A stretch of 64,000 nucleotides of DNA from Thermoplasmata archaeon. GTDB taxonomy: Archaea > Thermoplasmatota > Thermoplasmata > GCA-020350865. Positions 20,026 to 28,992 of this stretch are shown piece by piece. The stretch's first letter is position 1. Every line of letters starts with the position of its first letter. The position numbers and the translations under genes are program-made. The stretch covers positions 3,912,385 to 3,976,384 of the forward strand of contig CP070751.1 of assembly GCA_020348445.1 (NCBI GenBank), in the 5' to 3' direction. The notes under the pieces are model-generated. The model saw nothing but the letters and a program-made list of their open reading frames with translations. It was not told where the DNA came from and searched no databases.

Positions 20026-20472
20026 ATGGAATTACTATCCAAATACCATGTAATAAAAGACGCCGAGATAGGTGAAGGAACCATAGTAAGGCATTACGTC
20101 AATCTATATGGCTGTAAAATCGGAAAAAACTGCAAAATAGCCTCCTTTGTTGAGATTCAAAAGAATGTTGAAATCGGTAATAACTGCAAAATCGAAGCCT
20201 TTGCATATATGCCAACTGGAGTAACTATTGAGGATGAAGTGTTCGTAGGGCCACATGCGTGTTTTACAAATGATAAGAAACCAAGCGCAAAAGGGGATTG
20301 GGAGGTTATGCCCACGCTCGTTAAAAAAGGTGCATCCATAGGAGCCAATGCCGTGATTTTGTGTGGAGTTACCATAGGGGAGAACGCCATAATTGGTGCA
20401 GGCAGCGTGGTAACAAAGGATGTTCCACCAAATACAGTAGTGGTGGGCAATCCCGCTAGACCTATTAAATAA
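20026..20472 (+). CDS. Hexapeptide-repeat (left-handed beta-helix) sugar N-acyltransferase, WbpD/FdtC-like
   Basis: IGEGT/IGKNC/IGNNC repeats, [51 protein letters not shown]; ATG at 20026 with GGTGA RBS. Confidence 0.9.
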   Translation: MELLSKYHVIKDAEIGEGTIVRHYVNLYGCKIGKNCKIASFVEIQKNVEIGNNCKIEAFAYMPTGVTIEDEVFVGPHACFTNDKKPSAKGDWEVMPTLVKKGASIGANAVILCGVTIGENAIIGAGSVVTKDVPPNTVVVGNPARPIK

Positions 20473-20515
20473 AAAGAATGGAAAATTATCATTTTGAAAA
20501 AAAGGAGGTGCTATA

Positions 20516-20974
20516 ATGCAAGCAACAATAGAAACCAATAGAGGTATGATATTACTGGAACTGTTTGATAAGGACACCCCAAAAACGGTGGAGAACTTCG
20601 TGAAGCTGGCAAAAGGTGGATTTTACGACGGTCTTAAATTCCACCGCGTGATCGCCGATTTCATGATCCAGACCGGTTGTCCAAAGGGAGATGGAACAGG
20701 GGGACCTGGATATCAGTCGGATTGTGAGATCATGCCCCACCTGAAACATGAACCTGGCACCCTGTCCATGGCACATGCAGGGACCTGCGAGCACAGTGGC
20801 TCTGGTGAAAAAATATCGGGTCGATGCTCCAATGGGTCGCAGTTCTTCATAACCCATGTTGCCACACCCTGGCTTGATGGTAAGCACACAGTGTTCGGGC
20901 GTGTTTTGGAGGGCAAGGACGTGGTGGACAGTATCAAGCAGGGTGACACGATTCAGAAGGTTACAATACAATGA
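20516..20974 (+). CDS. Cyclophilin-type peptidyl-prolyl cis-trans isomerase
   Basis: [48 protein letters not shown]. Confidence 0.95.
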   Translation: MQATIETNRGMILLELFDKDTPKTVENFVKLAKGGFYDGLKFHRVIADFMIQTGCPKGDGTGGPGYQSDCEIMPHLKHEPGTLSMAHAGTCEHSGSGEKISGRCSNGSQFFITHVATPWLDGKHTVFGRVLEGKDVVDSIKQGDTIQKVTIQ

Positions 20975-21013
20975 TAATTGGTACCAATAAGCATCTTATT
21001 GATATCCGATTTT

Positions 21014-21162
21014 GTGGAGCCAGCGGGTGTTCGAGATTAAGAACTCGTTAACGTCCAAACATAACTCGAACACGAGCTGGGTCCACGAATGACACAGCGG
21101 GATGTTTGAGCTTAAGAATCCTATGATGTCCAAGTATAACTCGAACATCAAGCTGGGTCCAC
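21014..21162. repeat. Two tandem ~73-bp palindromic units whose arms match the tRNA-Ala 3' end
   Basis: Unit 1 at 21014-21086 (GTGGAGCCAGCGGGTGTTCGAG...CTCGAACACGAGCTGGGTCCAC), unit 2 at about 21089-21162; period about 76 bp; GCTGGGTCCAC equals the tRNA 3' terminus. Confidence 0.8.
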
Positions 21163-21187
21163 GGATTAATTCTATATAAAAAATAAG

Positions 21188-21261
21188 TGGACCCAGCGGG
21201 ATTTGAACCCACGGCCTCTGCCTTGCGAAGGCAGCGATCTTCCAGTCTGATCTATGGGCCC
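21188..21261 (-). tRNA. tRNA-Ala (anticodon CGC)
   Basis: Cloverleaf GGGCCCA/TGGGTCC acceptor with G3:U70, GATC D-stem, CTGCC-TTCGCAA-GGCAG anticodon arm, GTTCAAATC T-loop; discriminator A, CCA not encoded, no intron. Confidence 0.97.
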
Positions 21262-21460
21262 GAATGATATTGATGTTTCATCTGAGGGTCCAGAGATAAA
21301 GAGGGAAGTAGATTATTATTTATTTTCAATTGACTTGCCTCGAGATCTATGGGCCCGAATTATATTATTTTCCAATTTGAGGGGGCATAGACAAAGAGGA
21401 AAGTAGGTCACATTTTTCTTCCATTCAACTTTCCTTGGGTGTCTATTAGCCCGATTAGTA
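21249..21460 (-). repeat. Tandem ~95-bp repeats of the tRNA upstream region including the first 13 nt of the tRNA
   Basis: GATCTATGGGCCCGAAT at 21249 and 21344, degenerate GTCTATTAGCCCGATT at 21441; the following tgaggg and aaagagg.aagtag blocks also recur. Confidence 0.7.
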
Positions 21461-21519
21461 GTTTTGGAAAAGTAAGAGGAATATTAAAATCTATCTCCTA
21501 ATCAGCTGCTTATGCCCTT

Positions 21520-22197
21520 TTAGTCAACAACAATTTTCCCGCTTTCCATCTTTATTATCCCATGGGTCATCTCAGCGTTTTTCAAATCATGGGTTACTAT
21601 AACAAATGTCTGCCCTTTCTCTTCATTCAAGCGCTTTAAAAGCTTCATTATTTCCATGCTGTTCTCACTGTCAAGATCCCCTGTAGGCTCGTCAGCCCAC
21701 ACAATTGCAGGCTGGTTCACCAATGCTCTAGCAATAGTAACGCGCTGCCTCTGACCCCCACTCAATTCTGCAGGTCTGTGACCCTTCCAATTAGAAAGAC
21801 CTACCTGGTCCAAGGCTTCAATTGCCTTCTGTCTGGCCTCATTTCTTTTGTATCCGCTGACAAGAAGAGGGATTTCCACGTTCTCCACTGCATTTAAAAC
21901 AGGTAAAAGATTGTAAAATTGAAATATAAAACCCATTCTGTTAGCTCTGTGCTTTGCCTTTTCATTATCCGTCATTTCAGCCAAATTCTTTCCCTTCACC
22001 CATACTTCCCCCACCGTTACGTCATCCAGTCCAGAAAGGCAGTTGAGCAATGTGGTTTTTCCACACCCAGAGGGGCCCATAATGGTTACCATCTCCCCCT
22101 TTTCGACATCTATATCAACCCCTCTGAGGGCATTTACCTTTATCTTTCCAGTTTCGTATGTTTTGTGGATGTTTTTACCGCTGATTATATAATCCAA
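21520..22197 (-). CDS. ABC transporter ATP-binding protein (LolD/MacB-like)
   Basis: Walker [18 protein letters not shown] signature, [14 protein letters not shown]; likely TTG start at 22197 (track 22233). Confidence 0.93.
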   Translation of the reverse strand: MDYIISGKNIHKTYETGKIKVNALRGVDIDVEKGEMVTIMGPSGCGKTTLLNCLSGLDDVTVGEVWVKGKNLAEMTDNEKAKHRANRMGFIFQFYNLLPVLNAVENVEIPLLVSGYKRNEARQKAIEALDQVGLSNWKGHRPAELSGGQRQRVTIARALVNQPAIVWADEPTGDLDSENSMEIMKLLKRLNEEKGQTFVIVTHDLKNAEMTHGIIKMESGKIVVD

Positions 22198-22276
22198 ATT
22201 ACAACCCTCTTTCCTTCTTGATATAAACAACAATGGTATAAAAATATCTTGCTGTCCTTAAAGGTGATTTCAACTT

Positions 22277-23959
22277 TTACCCAACCACCCCATAAACCTC
22301 TACTCCATTGGCCTCATAAAGCTTGACAAAAGGCCATTTCTCGAACTTTTCCCAGGCCTGGGTTCTCATGGGCTCTGCATTTTCCCACTGCAATAAGGCC
22401 ACGCCATCCTTGATATCGTCATCCAGAATTACATAATCAATGTGTTTTTCCCCGGAGGGCGTAGATATGTTGTCGATCTCATCTTTGCATTCCTCATAAG
22501 AGGATCCATGTAAAGTATCAATGGCCGCGTCCCAAGTGGCATTCTGCCCGGCAAAACCGAATACCATGGAGCTCATCCTGTGGTCTGTAGCAACGGTGGC
22601 CCCATCCTCTAGGGAGTACTTCGCCCAGGCCACAGCTTGCATATCTTCCTCGCTTGTACCCTCCTGAAAGCCACCCATGACCCCCCTCGGTGGATAGGCA
22701 GAAAGTGATGTAAGCCCTAAAAGAACAACAACTAAACCCACTGCCAGGGCTTTATTCTGCCTTCTTTCGCCCCAGTACAGATATATCATCATGGCCACAC
22801 CGATGCCTATTGCCAATGCCAATGGTGCCATGAAATACTGCGGATGTCTGTACGTGAATAAAACACGATTTGAGGTGACTATTGCCACAAGTAGGGAAAT
22901 CACCAGGGCAACGATCCATCCGTAGACTGATACTCCGTTTTTATATATCTTCAAGTAACCAGCACCTGCCGAGGTGAAGGCCAAGATGATAATGAGTGGG
23001 CTGAAGAGCAATGCAGTTTCTGGCGTTAAATTTATGTTCGTGCCCGGGACCTTAACCAACGCCATGTAGCCCAGCACGAAAAAAAGGATGCCCAACAAAA
23101 TGATGTATAACACGATTTGTTTTCTGGGCTCTGGAAACTTGGATTTGAAACTCCAAGATATACGCCTTCTTAATACAATTAAAACATATACCAAAAATAA
23201 AACCACATAGCCCACAATGAATAGCACCCAGAAAGGTACATCAAAAGCAGAGGATACCACGCCTTCTGCAAATCTTGATGCTAAAATCATCCAATACAAT
23301 ACAAGAACCGTGAAAAAAAAGACAAGAAAGGCCCAATATAGTCTGAGCTGCTTTTTTTCTTGACAGCCCAGCATTCCTACTAAAAAGAAACCCCCAAAGA
23401 TCATTATAAACAAGAAATATGATGATAAGTGGTGGGTTATGATCAAGGCTATGGTACTCAAAATCAAAAGAGGGATGAATTTATTATTCCGAAGAGAGGC
23501 TAAAAGAAATAGAAGAGATGAGAGAAGCAGCATATCTCCAAGTGAACCAGGCATTGGGTGGGATGTGGCAAAAACATGGGGCATTGCAACTGCCAAAAAG
23601 CCACTGGCCAGTAAGGCCGCACCATCATTTTTAAACAGCATCCTGGATATTATAAATACAATAAAAACAGAAATAGAAGCTACAACCGGGATAATTACTA
23701 TCATGGCAAATAGAAGGTCCAATCCTGTTAGGAAATGGGCAGCACCTGTAAAATAGAACATGCCTGGAAAGTATGGATAGCCAAATCCCCAGCCATCGTA
23801 ATCTGTGGAAACATAGCCATCTGATATGAGCTGATTGGTTATACTGTAATATTCACCAGCATCCGAGCCCCATATTGCATACCGTGTTAGAGGGAAAAGC
23901 CGCATAAATACAGCAAGGAAAAAGATCACAATCAGGGACAGCAATACCCATTTCTTCAT
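22277..23959 (-). CDS. Polytopic membrane protein with a GT-C-like architecture
   Basis: First TM followed by an acidic loop (WGSDAGEYY), about 12-13 TM helices, then a soluble C-terminal domain (AVAWAKYSLEDGATVATD...KLYEANGVEVY) as in STT3/PMT/ArnT-fold proteins. Confidence 0.5.
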   Translation of the reverse strand: MKKWVLLSLIVIFFLAVFMRLFPLTRYAIWGSDAGEYYSITNQLISDGYVSTDYDGWGFGYPYFPGMFYFTGAAHFLTGLDLLFAMIVIIPVVASISVFIVFIISRMLFKNDGAALLASGFLAVAMPHVFATSHPMPGSLGDMLLLSSLLFLLASLRNNKFIPLLILSTIALIITHHLSSYFLFIMIFGGFFLVGMLGCQEKKQLRLYWAFLVFFFTVLVLYWMILASRFAEGVVSSAFDVPFWVLFIVGYVVLFLVYVLIVLRRRISWSFKSKFPEPRKQIVLYIILLGILFFVLGYMALVKVPGTNINLTPETALLFSPLIIILAFTSAGAGYLKIYKNGVSVYGWIVALVISLLVAIVTSNRVLFTYRHPQYFMAPLALAIGIGVAMMIYLYWGERRQNKALAVGLVVVLLGLTSLSAYPPRGVMGGFQEGTSEEDMQAVAWAKYSLEDGATVATDHRMSSMVFGFAGQNATWDAAIDTLHGSSYEECKDEIDNISTPSGEKHIDYVILDDDIKDGVALLQWENAEPMRTQAWEKFEKWPFVKLYEANGVEVYGVVG

Positions 23960-24074
23960 ATCAATCCATTTCCCCTAATACAACCCCTGATTTAATATTT
24001 TAGGTATGTCAGAGACAATTACTGGTTTGAGGTATTTCTCCTTTCTTGATAATGGAATATCAATAGATGAGAAT

Positions 24075-24110
24075 ATTTTTTAGGGTGGGAGGAGGGGGTT
24101 GGGTGGAGGG
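24075..24110 (+). repeat. G-rich intergenic motif, copy 2 (G-quadruplex-compatible)
   Basis: ATTTTTTAGGGTGGGAGGAGGGGGTTGGGTGGAGGG: five runs of three or more G; nearly identical to 34168-34207. Confidence 0.65.
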
Positions 24111-24240
24111 AGTAGGTACGTTGGTGAAGAGAATAGAAGGACAAAAGAAGGGTAATCTGGCAGAAATAGCCTCAATTCCCACACCGAAACGATATTATAT
24201 ATTAGACAACAATTAGAGAGCCTGTGTGGAGGCACAAAAT

Positions 24241-27200
24241 ATGAAGATTACAGTTGCTCTGCTCATTGCCATTTCCTTGATTACAATATCCTTTAATGTA
24301 TCTGCTCCGTCTCCTGATAACTCCTCGAATGCAGGATATTCCGACGATGTCCCTGAGTGGGGATACACCGAGGGTGTGTCATGGAAACCTGTTGTACCAA
24401 TAAAAAATGCCATCTTCGTGAATTATGACGGAGAGAGCTACCTTGATGATTTTGCATACCTGGCTTCTGTGCCTGCCGCTGTTTTCTATTCCAAATCAAA
24501 GGACCAGATATTTTCCAGCCCCCTTCTTTACTATCAAAGACCAAAGGATATGCCTGACGAGGAGAAGGTGATGAATGCCGCCTCTGGAGTGGACTATTTC
24601 TTGGAGGATTGGCTTGCTTACAGCGATGGTTCCTTTGACAATCTTCAGTTTATCAACATCCCGCAAGAGGATAGGGAAACTCTGAAGGGCAAGTGGGCAG
24701 CTAGCGATTACAAGGATATCCAAAGGGATGATCCCATCAAAATCGCAAAAGATATTGCACTTTACAATTGGGAATATTCAGATGCCGCCGTGGTTGCAGT
24801 TATAGATGATTCATACAAAGATATCGATGAGATTACTAGTAATTCTGTAACGGGCTCCGTACCGGGCTCTTTAGATATCATAGTCGATGTTATCGAGGGT
24901 TCAAAAGAGCCTGATCCCGTCACACCTACTTTCCACTATTTCAATATCGATGATGGATACAAATACATTACCTCGTATATGGAATGGTACGGCCCATCTG
25001 GCCTTGATGTCATCAATGATCTCACACAAAGGGGCAAGGACCCAGACCTGCAGTTGTACTCAGACAAGTTAGGTGAGGTGGCTGCATCAGAGAACTGGAA
25101 CGTATTGTCTGGCGCGTCAGAATATATCGGCAGTTACATCTATCATCACGGGAAGTGGGCCTCAGCAGTAACCTACATGCCCACCGAGAGCATGGGGCCC
25201 TCCTGGGATTCAAATACTGCTATAGCTCATGGGACCAGAGGACCTCTTGACGAGGCTACCTATGAAATCACCAACACCCTATATCCCGGGGTTGACCTTG
25301 AATTGCCAGATGAATCGCCTTTCTATTGCAGACAGGCTACATTCAAACTCACTTGGGATGACAGCAATGTAAATTTGGGATTGATAGTCAGGGGACCTTC
25401 AGGTGCGGAGATTGAAAAGAACATAGGGCCAGACAAGCCAAAGGAAATCGAGCTCATGGAACTTGGTGAAGGCGCTTATTCTATTTCTGTTGTTAGATTG
25501 ACGGATTCCTCCTCTGATGTTGGTTTTTCTGTGGATTACTCATGGCATCAGAAAAAAGAAAAAATCGAAGGCGATAACCTGGCAAGCGCTACCCAGGGAG
25601 CTGTTTTGGCCTCCATTACCAATTCACCTTTGCTTTTTGCAGAAGGAAAGAATTTACCTTCCACAACCAAGGATGCCCTGGACACTTTAGGTGTGACAAA
25701 GGTATATCTGGTAGACCTAGGTGGCCATAGCAAGGGCAAGGTAAAAGAAGCCCTGAAAAATGCAAGATCCCTTCTTCAGCCAAAAATCAGCGTGGATGAG
25801 TACACCAGATACGAGAAAATCTACAAGAAGATACAGGATATTTCAAAACAGTACGATATAGTCTTTTCCACCATCAATCCTTGGACATATTGGGACATTG
25901 GAGTTGGTCCCAAAGGTGAGGAGAAAGGAGGGCTCTTTGTAGGCCCTGCTGCCTATGCTGCAGCACATCATGGCTGCCCTGTCTTTATAACTGATGTGCA
26001 TCCCGAGCTCTCATCTGCAAATGCATGGCACAATCATTTCTGGAAGAACGCCTATTTGGGCAGGCTTCCGCCATCAGTGGGTTGTATGGTGCTCACAGGC
26101 CAGCAGGTCTACAATTTTCTTGGAAAAATGGGATTCGACAGCAACGGCCTGAACAATATGGAATCCATGCTCACTGTGGCCGGGCAATTCGATATCGGCA
26201 CGAGCTGGGACAGGGTGTTCGTTGGTGCAGCAATTCCTGGAAGGATCATGGGCACACCTGTGGATACTGCATATTGGGTGGGAAGAAGCGCCTTATATCA
26301 GGCTGCGATATTCGCCAATCCAGCCCTGGATGAGGCTGGAGTTACCATGACCACTGGTTCCTCTTCAATATTTTCCCACGGAGCCTTGGAGGTAGAGGCG
26401 GGTGGAGAAGTAAATGTGGAATATCCTGTGCTGCAGTCCTGGGTTTCCTATGATCATAAATTCAATGAGGAGGGCAGTGAATATTGGGGTGTGGATTACA
26501 CCTGCGCAGACGGAATCACTCCCTTTAGAACACCCTCTGATAATCCAATTGATGCTGATGGTCGATGGCCCGACATCACAACATCAGAAGTTGTGCCCTA
26601 CTATGCAGAGAAGGCGGGCTATTCCTCTGTTTTCAGCACAAATTTCGATATCACCATGGAGAACCTAAATCAGGGTGCCATCATGTGGCTCGAAGTGATG
26701 CACGGGGGAAATCGTGATTCAGGAGTGGTCGGATTCTGGAATCCAGAGCAAATCGAGCCCAATCCCTGGAGATGTTATGAGGATGAGGGGAGCACCGCAA
26801 ATCCAGATACAAAAAACATGGGTCCAACCACAGGTGCTGATTGGATAAAGAATCCTTTTGTGCAGGGACCCCATGATGGGGTCATAATATGCATATTGAC
26901 ACAGACGACGCAGACCGTGGGTAAGAACGGCTATGATTTTGACGAGGCCCTAGAGAATCTGCATTCCATGGGATTTTCAGCCGGCTCTTGTCTCATTGCC
27001 AATACGTTCCTACATTTATCCATGGTCAGGCACGGCTCCGTTTTCCAGATCATAGACCCATGGCTCACATCCTGGTACTGCGGCTTTGCAATCCAGACCT
27101 TTGTTCGGGATATAGCTCTGGGTTACACTGTAGGCGAGGCGTACGAGAGGGGAATCAAGCATGTGGGTATTCAATATCTCACAGGCCAATGGTGGTGGGA

Positions 27201-27465
27201 CATCTACGAAAATGTGGTATACTACGGAGATCCGGATTTAACAGTCTGGTCACCAAAGTACGCCTGGGAGGAGCCTCCACCGCTACCCGCCGGATCAGTA
27301 ATTGACGGCCACTCACCTTTTGGGGCAAGAGGCCATCCACATGCCATACAGTCCATGTTGCTTTGGGAGATTTTGCTATTCTCCAGTATATTCATAGCAA
27401 TTGCTGCTGGATTTGTCTACTTTTGGAAGAAGAGGAAGAAGGCAGACATCACAAAGGGCGCATAA
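24241..27465 (+). CDS. Membrane-anchored secreted protein with a C-terminal peptidase C25 (gingipain)-like domain
   Basis: Signal peptide; NLNQGAIMWLEVMHGG (His-Gly), FSAGSCLI (Cys), YTVGEAY...VYYGDPDL clan CD pattern; CWB2-like segment; C-terminal TM followed by WKKRKK; ATG at 24241 with GGAGG RBS. Confidence 0.65.
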   Translation: MKITVALLIAISLITISFNVSAPSPDNSSNAGYSDDVPEWGYTEGVSWKPVVPIKNAIFVNYDGESYLDDFAYLASVPAAVFYSKSKDQIFSSPLLYYQRPKDMPDEEKVMNAASGVDYFLEDWLAYSDGSFDNLQFINIPQEDRETLKGKWAASDYKDIQRDDPIKIAKDIALYNWEYSDAAVVAVIDDSYKDIDEITSNSVTGSVPGSLDIIVDVIEGSKEPDPVTPTFHYFNIDDGYKYITSYMEWYGPSGLDVINDLTQRGKDPDLQLYSDKLGEVAASENWNVLSGASEYIGSYIYHHGKWASAVTYMPTESMGPSWDSNTAIAHGTRGPLDEATYEITNTLYPGVDLELPDESPFYCRQATFKLTWDDSNVNLGLIVRGPSGAEIEKNIGPDKPKEIELMELGEGAYSISVVRLTDSSSDVGFSVDYSWHQKKEKIEGDNLASATQGAVLASITNSPLLFAEGKNLPSTTKDALDTLGVTKVYLVDLGGHSKGKVKEALKNARSLLQPKISVDEYTRYEKIYKKIQDISKQYDIVFSTINPWTYWDIGVGPKGEEKGGLFVGPAAYAAAHHGCPVFITDVHPELSSANAWHNHFWKNAYLGRLPPSVGCMVLTGQQVYNFLGKMGFDSNGLNNMESMLTVAGQFDIGTSWDRVFVGAAIPGRIMGTPVDTAYWVGRSALYQAAIFANPALDEAGVTMTTGSSSIFSHGALEVEAGGEVNVEYPVLQSWVSYDHKFNEEGSEYWGVDYTCADGITPFRTPSDNPIDADGRWPDITTSEVVPYYAEKAGYSSVFSTNFDITMENLNQGAIMWLEVMHGGNRDSGVVGFWNPEQIEPNPWRCYEDEGSTANPDTKNMGPTTGADWIKNPFVQGPHDGVIICILTQTTQTVGKNGYDFDEALENLHSMGFSAGSCLIANTFLHLSMVRHGSVFQIIDPWLTSWYCGFAIQTFVRDIALGYTVGEAYERGIKHVGIQYLTGQWWWDIYENVVYYGDPDLTVWSPKYAWEEPPPLPAGSVIDGHSPFGARGHPHAIQSMLLWEILLFSSIFIAIAAGFVYFWKKRKKADITKGA

Positions 27466-27559
27466 GAAGTTGAAGTAATATATCGTTGATAATCTAAATA
27501 TACCTGAAAGAGAATCATAATCCTTAAAACAATAGTTATTGTTTAAACGGGTGGAGAAA

Positions 27560-28396
27560 ATGGGTATTCACCTAAAGATAACGGACCTTGTATTGGTTTT
27601 TGTCACCTCTTTGATAGTAATTCTTATTAGCATAATAGGATGGAATAGGCGCGGCTTGATTGTGATATTTTTTTCCCTTGGTTTAGTACTATTTATTATC
27701 CTGGTACTTTTATTCGAGGGTTTTCGCAGAAATGAAATGGACAACAAAAGGCTAAACCAAAATTACAGACAAATCGAGGCTCTACTATCCCTGCTCTCAG
27801 TAATTAATCCAAGGCGGCCTCTACCTCCCATGCGAAGATGGGTTATCTCGCCAGATTTCGCCAATATCATCATTTCCATGGTAATTGATCATAAACCAAA
27901 GGTCATATGCGAATGCGGTGGTGGTATCTCCACTGTTTTTACGTGTTATTGCCTTGATGATTTAAAGGATGGGCACGTCTTTTCCTTGGAGCAGGATGGA
28001 AAATACGCCCAAAAAACAAAAAAGAACCTGAAAGCTCATGGACTGGAAAATTACGCCACCGTAATTTATGCACCACTTACGAATTTAACACTGAAGGCCA
28101 AATCATGGAAATGGTACAATACCTCGTTTAAGAAAGAGTTGGAAAAAATTGACATGCTGGTAATAGATGGCCCCTCTGGAGACGTTCAAAAGATGGCGAG
28201 GTACCCAGCATTACCGGTTCTTTATGATACCTTAAGCGAGAACGCGGTTATAATCGTGGACGACGCAAAAAGAAAAGATGAAAGAGATATGGTAAAGGCT
28301 TGGCTTACCGAGTTCAAAGATCTCGAATATGAGTGGTACGATACCGAGAAGGGATGCGTTATTCTGAGAAGAAGATCACATAAGAAAGGTAATTGA
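27560..28396 (+). CDS. Class I SAM-dependent methyltransferase with N-terminal TM anchor (Methyltransf_24-like)
   Basis: Two N-terminal hydrophobic helices, ICECGGGIST, SLEQD, LVIDGP, IIVDDAKR; ATG at 27560 with GGTGGAG RBS. Confidence 0.8.
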   Translation: MGIHLKITDLVLVFVTSLIVILISIIGWNRRGLIVIFFSLGLVLFIILVLLFEGFRRNEMDNKRLNQNYRQIEALLSLLSVINPRRPLPPMRRWVISPDFANIIISMVIDHKPKVICECGGGISTVFTCYCLDDLKDGHVFSLEQDGKYAQKTKKNLKAHGLENYATVIYAPLTNLTLKAKSWKWYNTSFKKELEKIDMLVIDGPSGDVQKMARYPALPVLYDTLSENAVIIVDDAKRKDERDMVKAWLTEFKDLEYEWYDTEKGCVILRRRSHKKGN

Positions 28397-28428
28397 TTAA
28401 TTAGCAAATAATTTCTTTAAAAATCACC

Positions 28429-28965
28429 TCACTCTATAAGAAGGAAAGCATACCTGTTCATGGTATCTTTATAATCTGTGAGCACCTCAATTGGATATCC
28501 AAGTTCCCTTACCGTGCTGAAGACATCGACACAAAATGCTTCAGGTGTGGGTCTGCTTTTTTCAGGATGCCTGCATTCATCCAAATTAGCTACACACTCT
28601 TTACAGGAAACACAATGGCTCATGAACATAAGAAGGATCTTGTGATAACCTAAAAAGAACACCTGGCGCTCCAGCTCGAGAAGTTTTGGATTTAGGACCT
28701 TGTACCACTTTGTCCTGTCCTCTGGTTTTGCCAATTTCTTCTTAAAATGGAAAACAACTCCATGGGTGTACTCCTTGAAAAAATCCTCACATTCGGATTT
28801 GGAGGGCATGTTTGGGGGGCAGCATACGCGTCTTCCGTAATCATCGCAACCAAATTGGCACTTCATCCTCACCCAATGTGCAACTTGAATGTTTTTTGGA
28901 TTTAACCACTTGAAATCCTTGAATCCATGCTCTTTAAACAGTGTTTCCAGTTTCTTCTTGTTCAC
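28429..28965 (-). CDS. DUF2284 family predicted metal-binding protein
   Basis: WVRMKCQFGCDDYG...CCPPNMP, CVSCKEC, CRHPEKSRPTPEAFCVDVFSTV; GTG start with GAGGA RBS. Confidence 0.85.
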   Translation of the reverse strand: MNKKKLETLFKEHGFKDFKWLNPKNIQVAHWVRMKCQFGCDDYGRRVCCPPNMPSKSECEDFFKEYTHGVVFHFKKKLAKPEDRTKWYKVLNPKLLELERQVFFLGYHKILLMFMSHCVSCKECVANLDECRHPEKSRPTPEAFCVDVFSTVRELGYPIEVLTDYKDTMNRYAFLLIE

Positions 28966-28992
28966 AATATGATCCTCGTTTTTATTTTCATC

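Noticed and set aside
21014-21162. CRISPR-like periodicity (about 76 bp) next to the tRNA
   Set aside because: Only two units, the would-be spacers resemble each other, the arms derive from the tRNA end, and no cas genes are present
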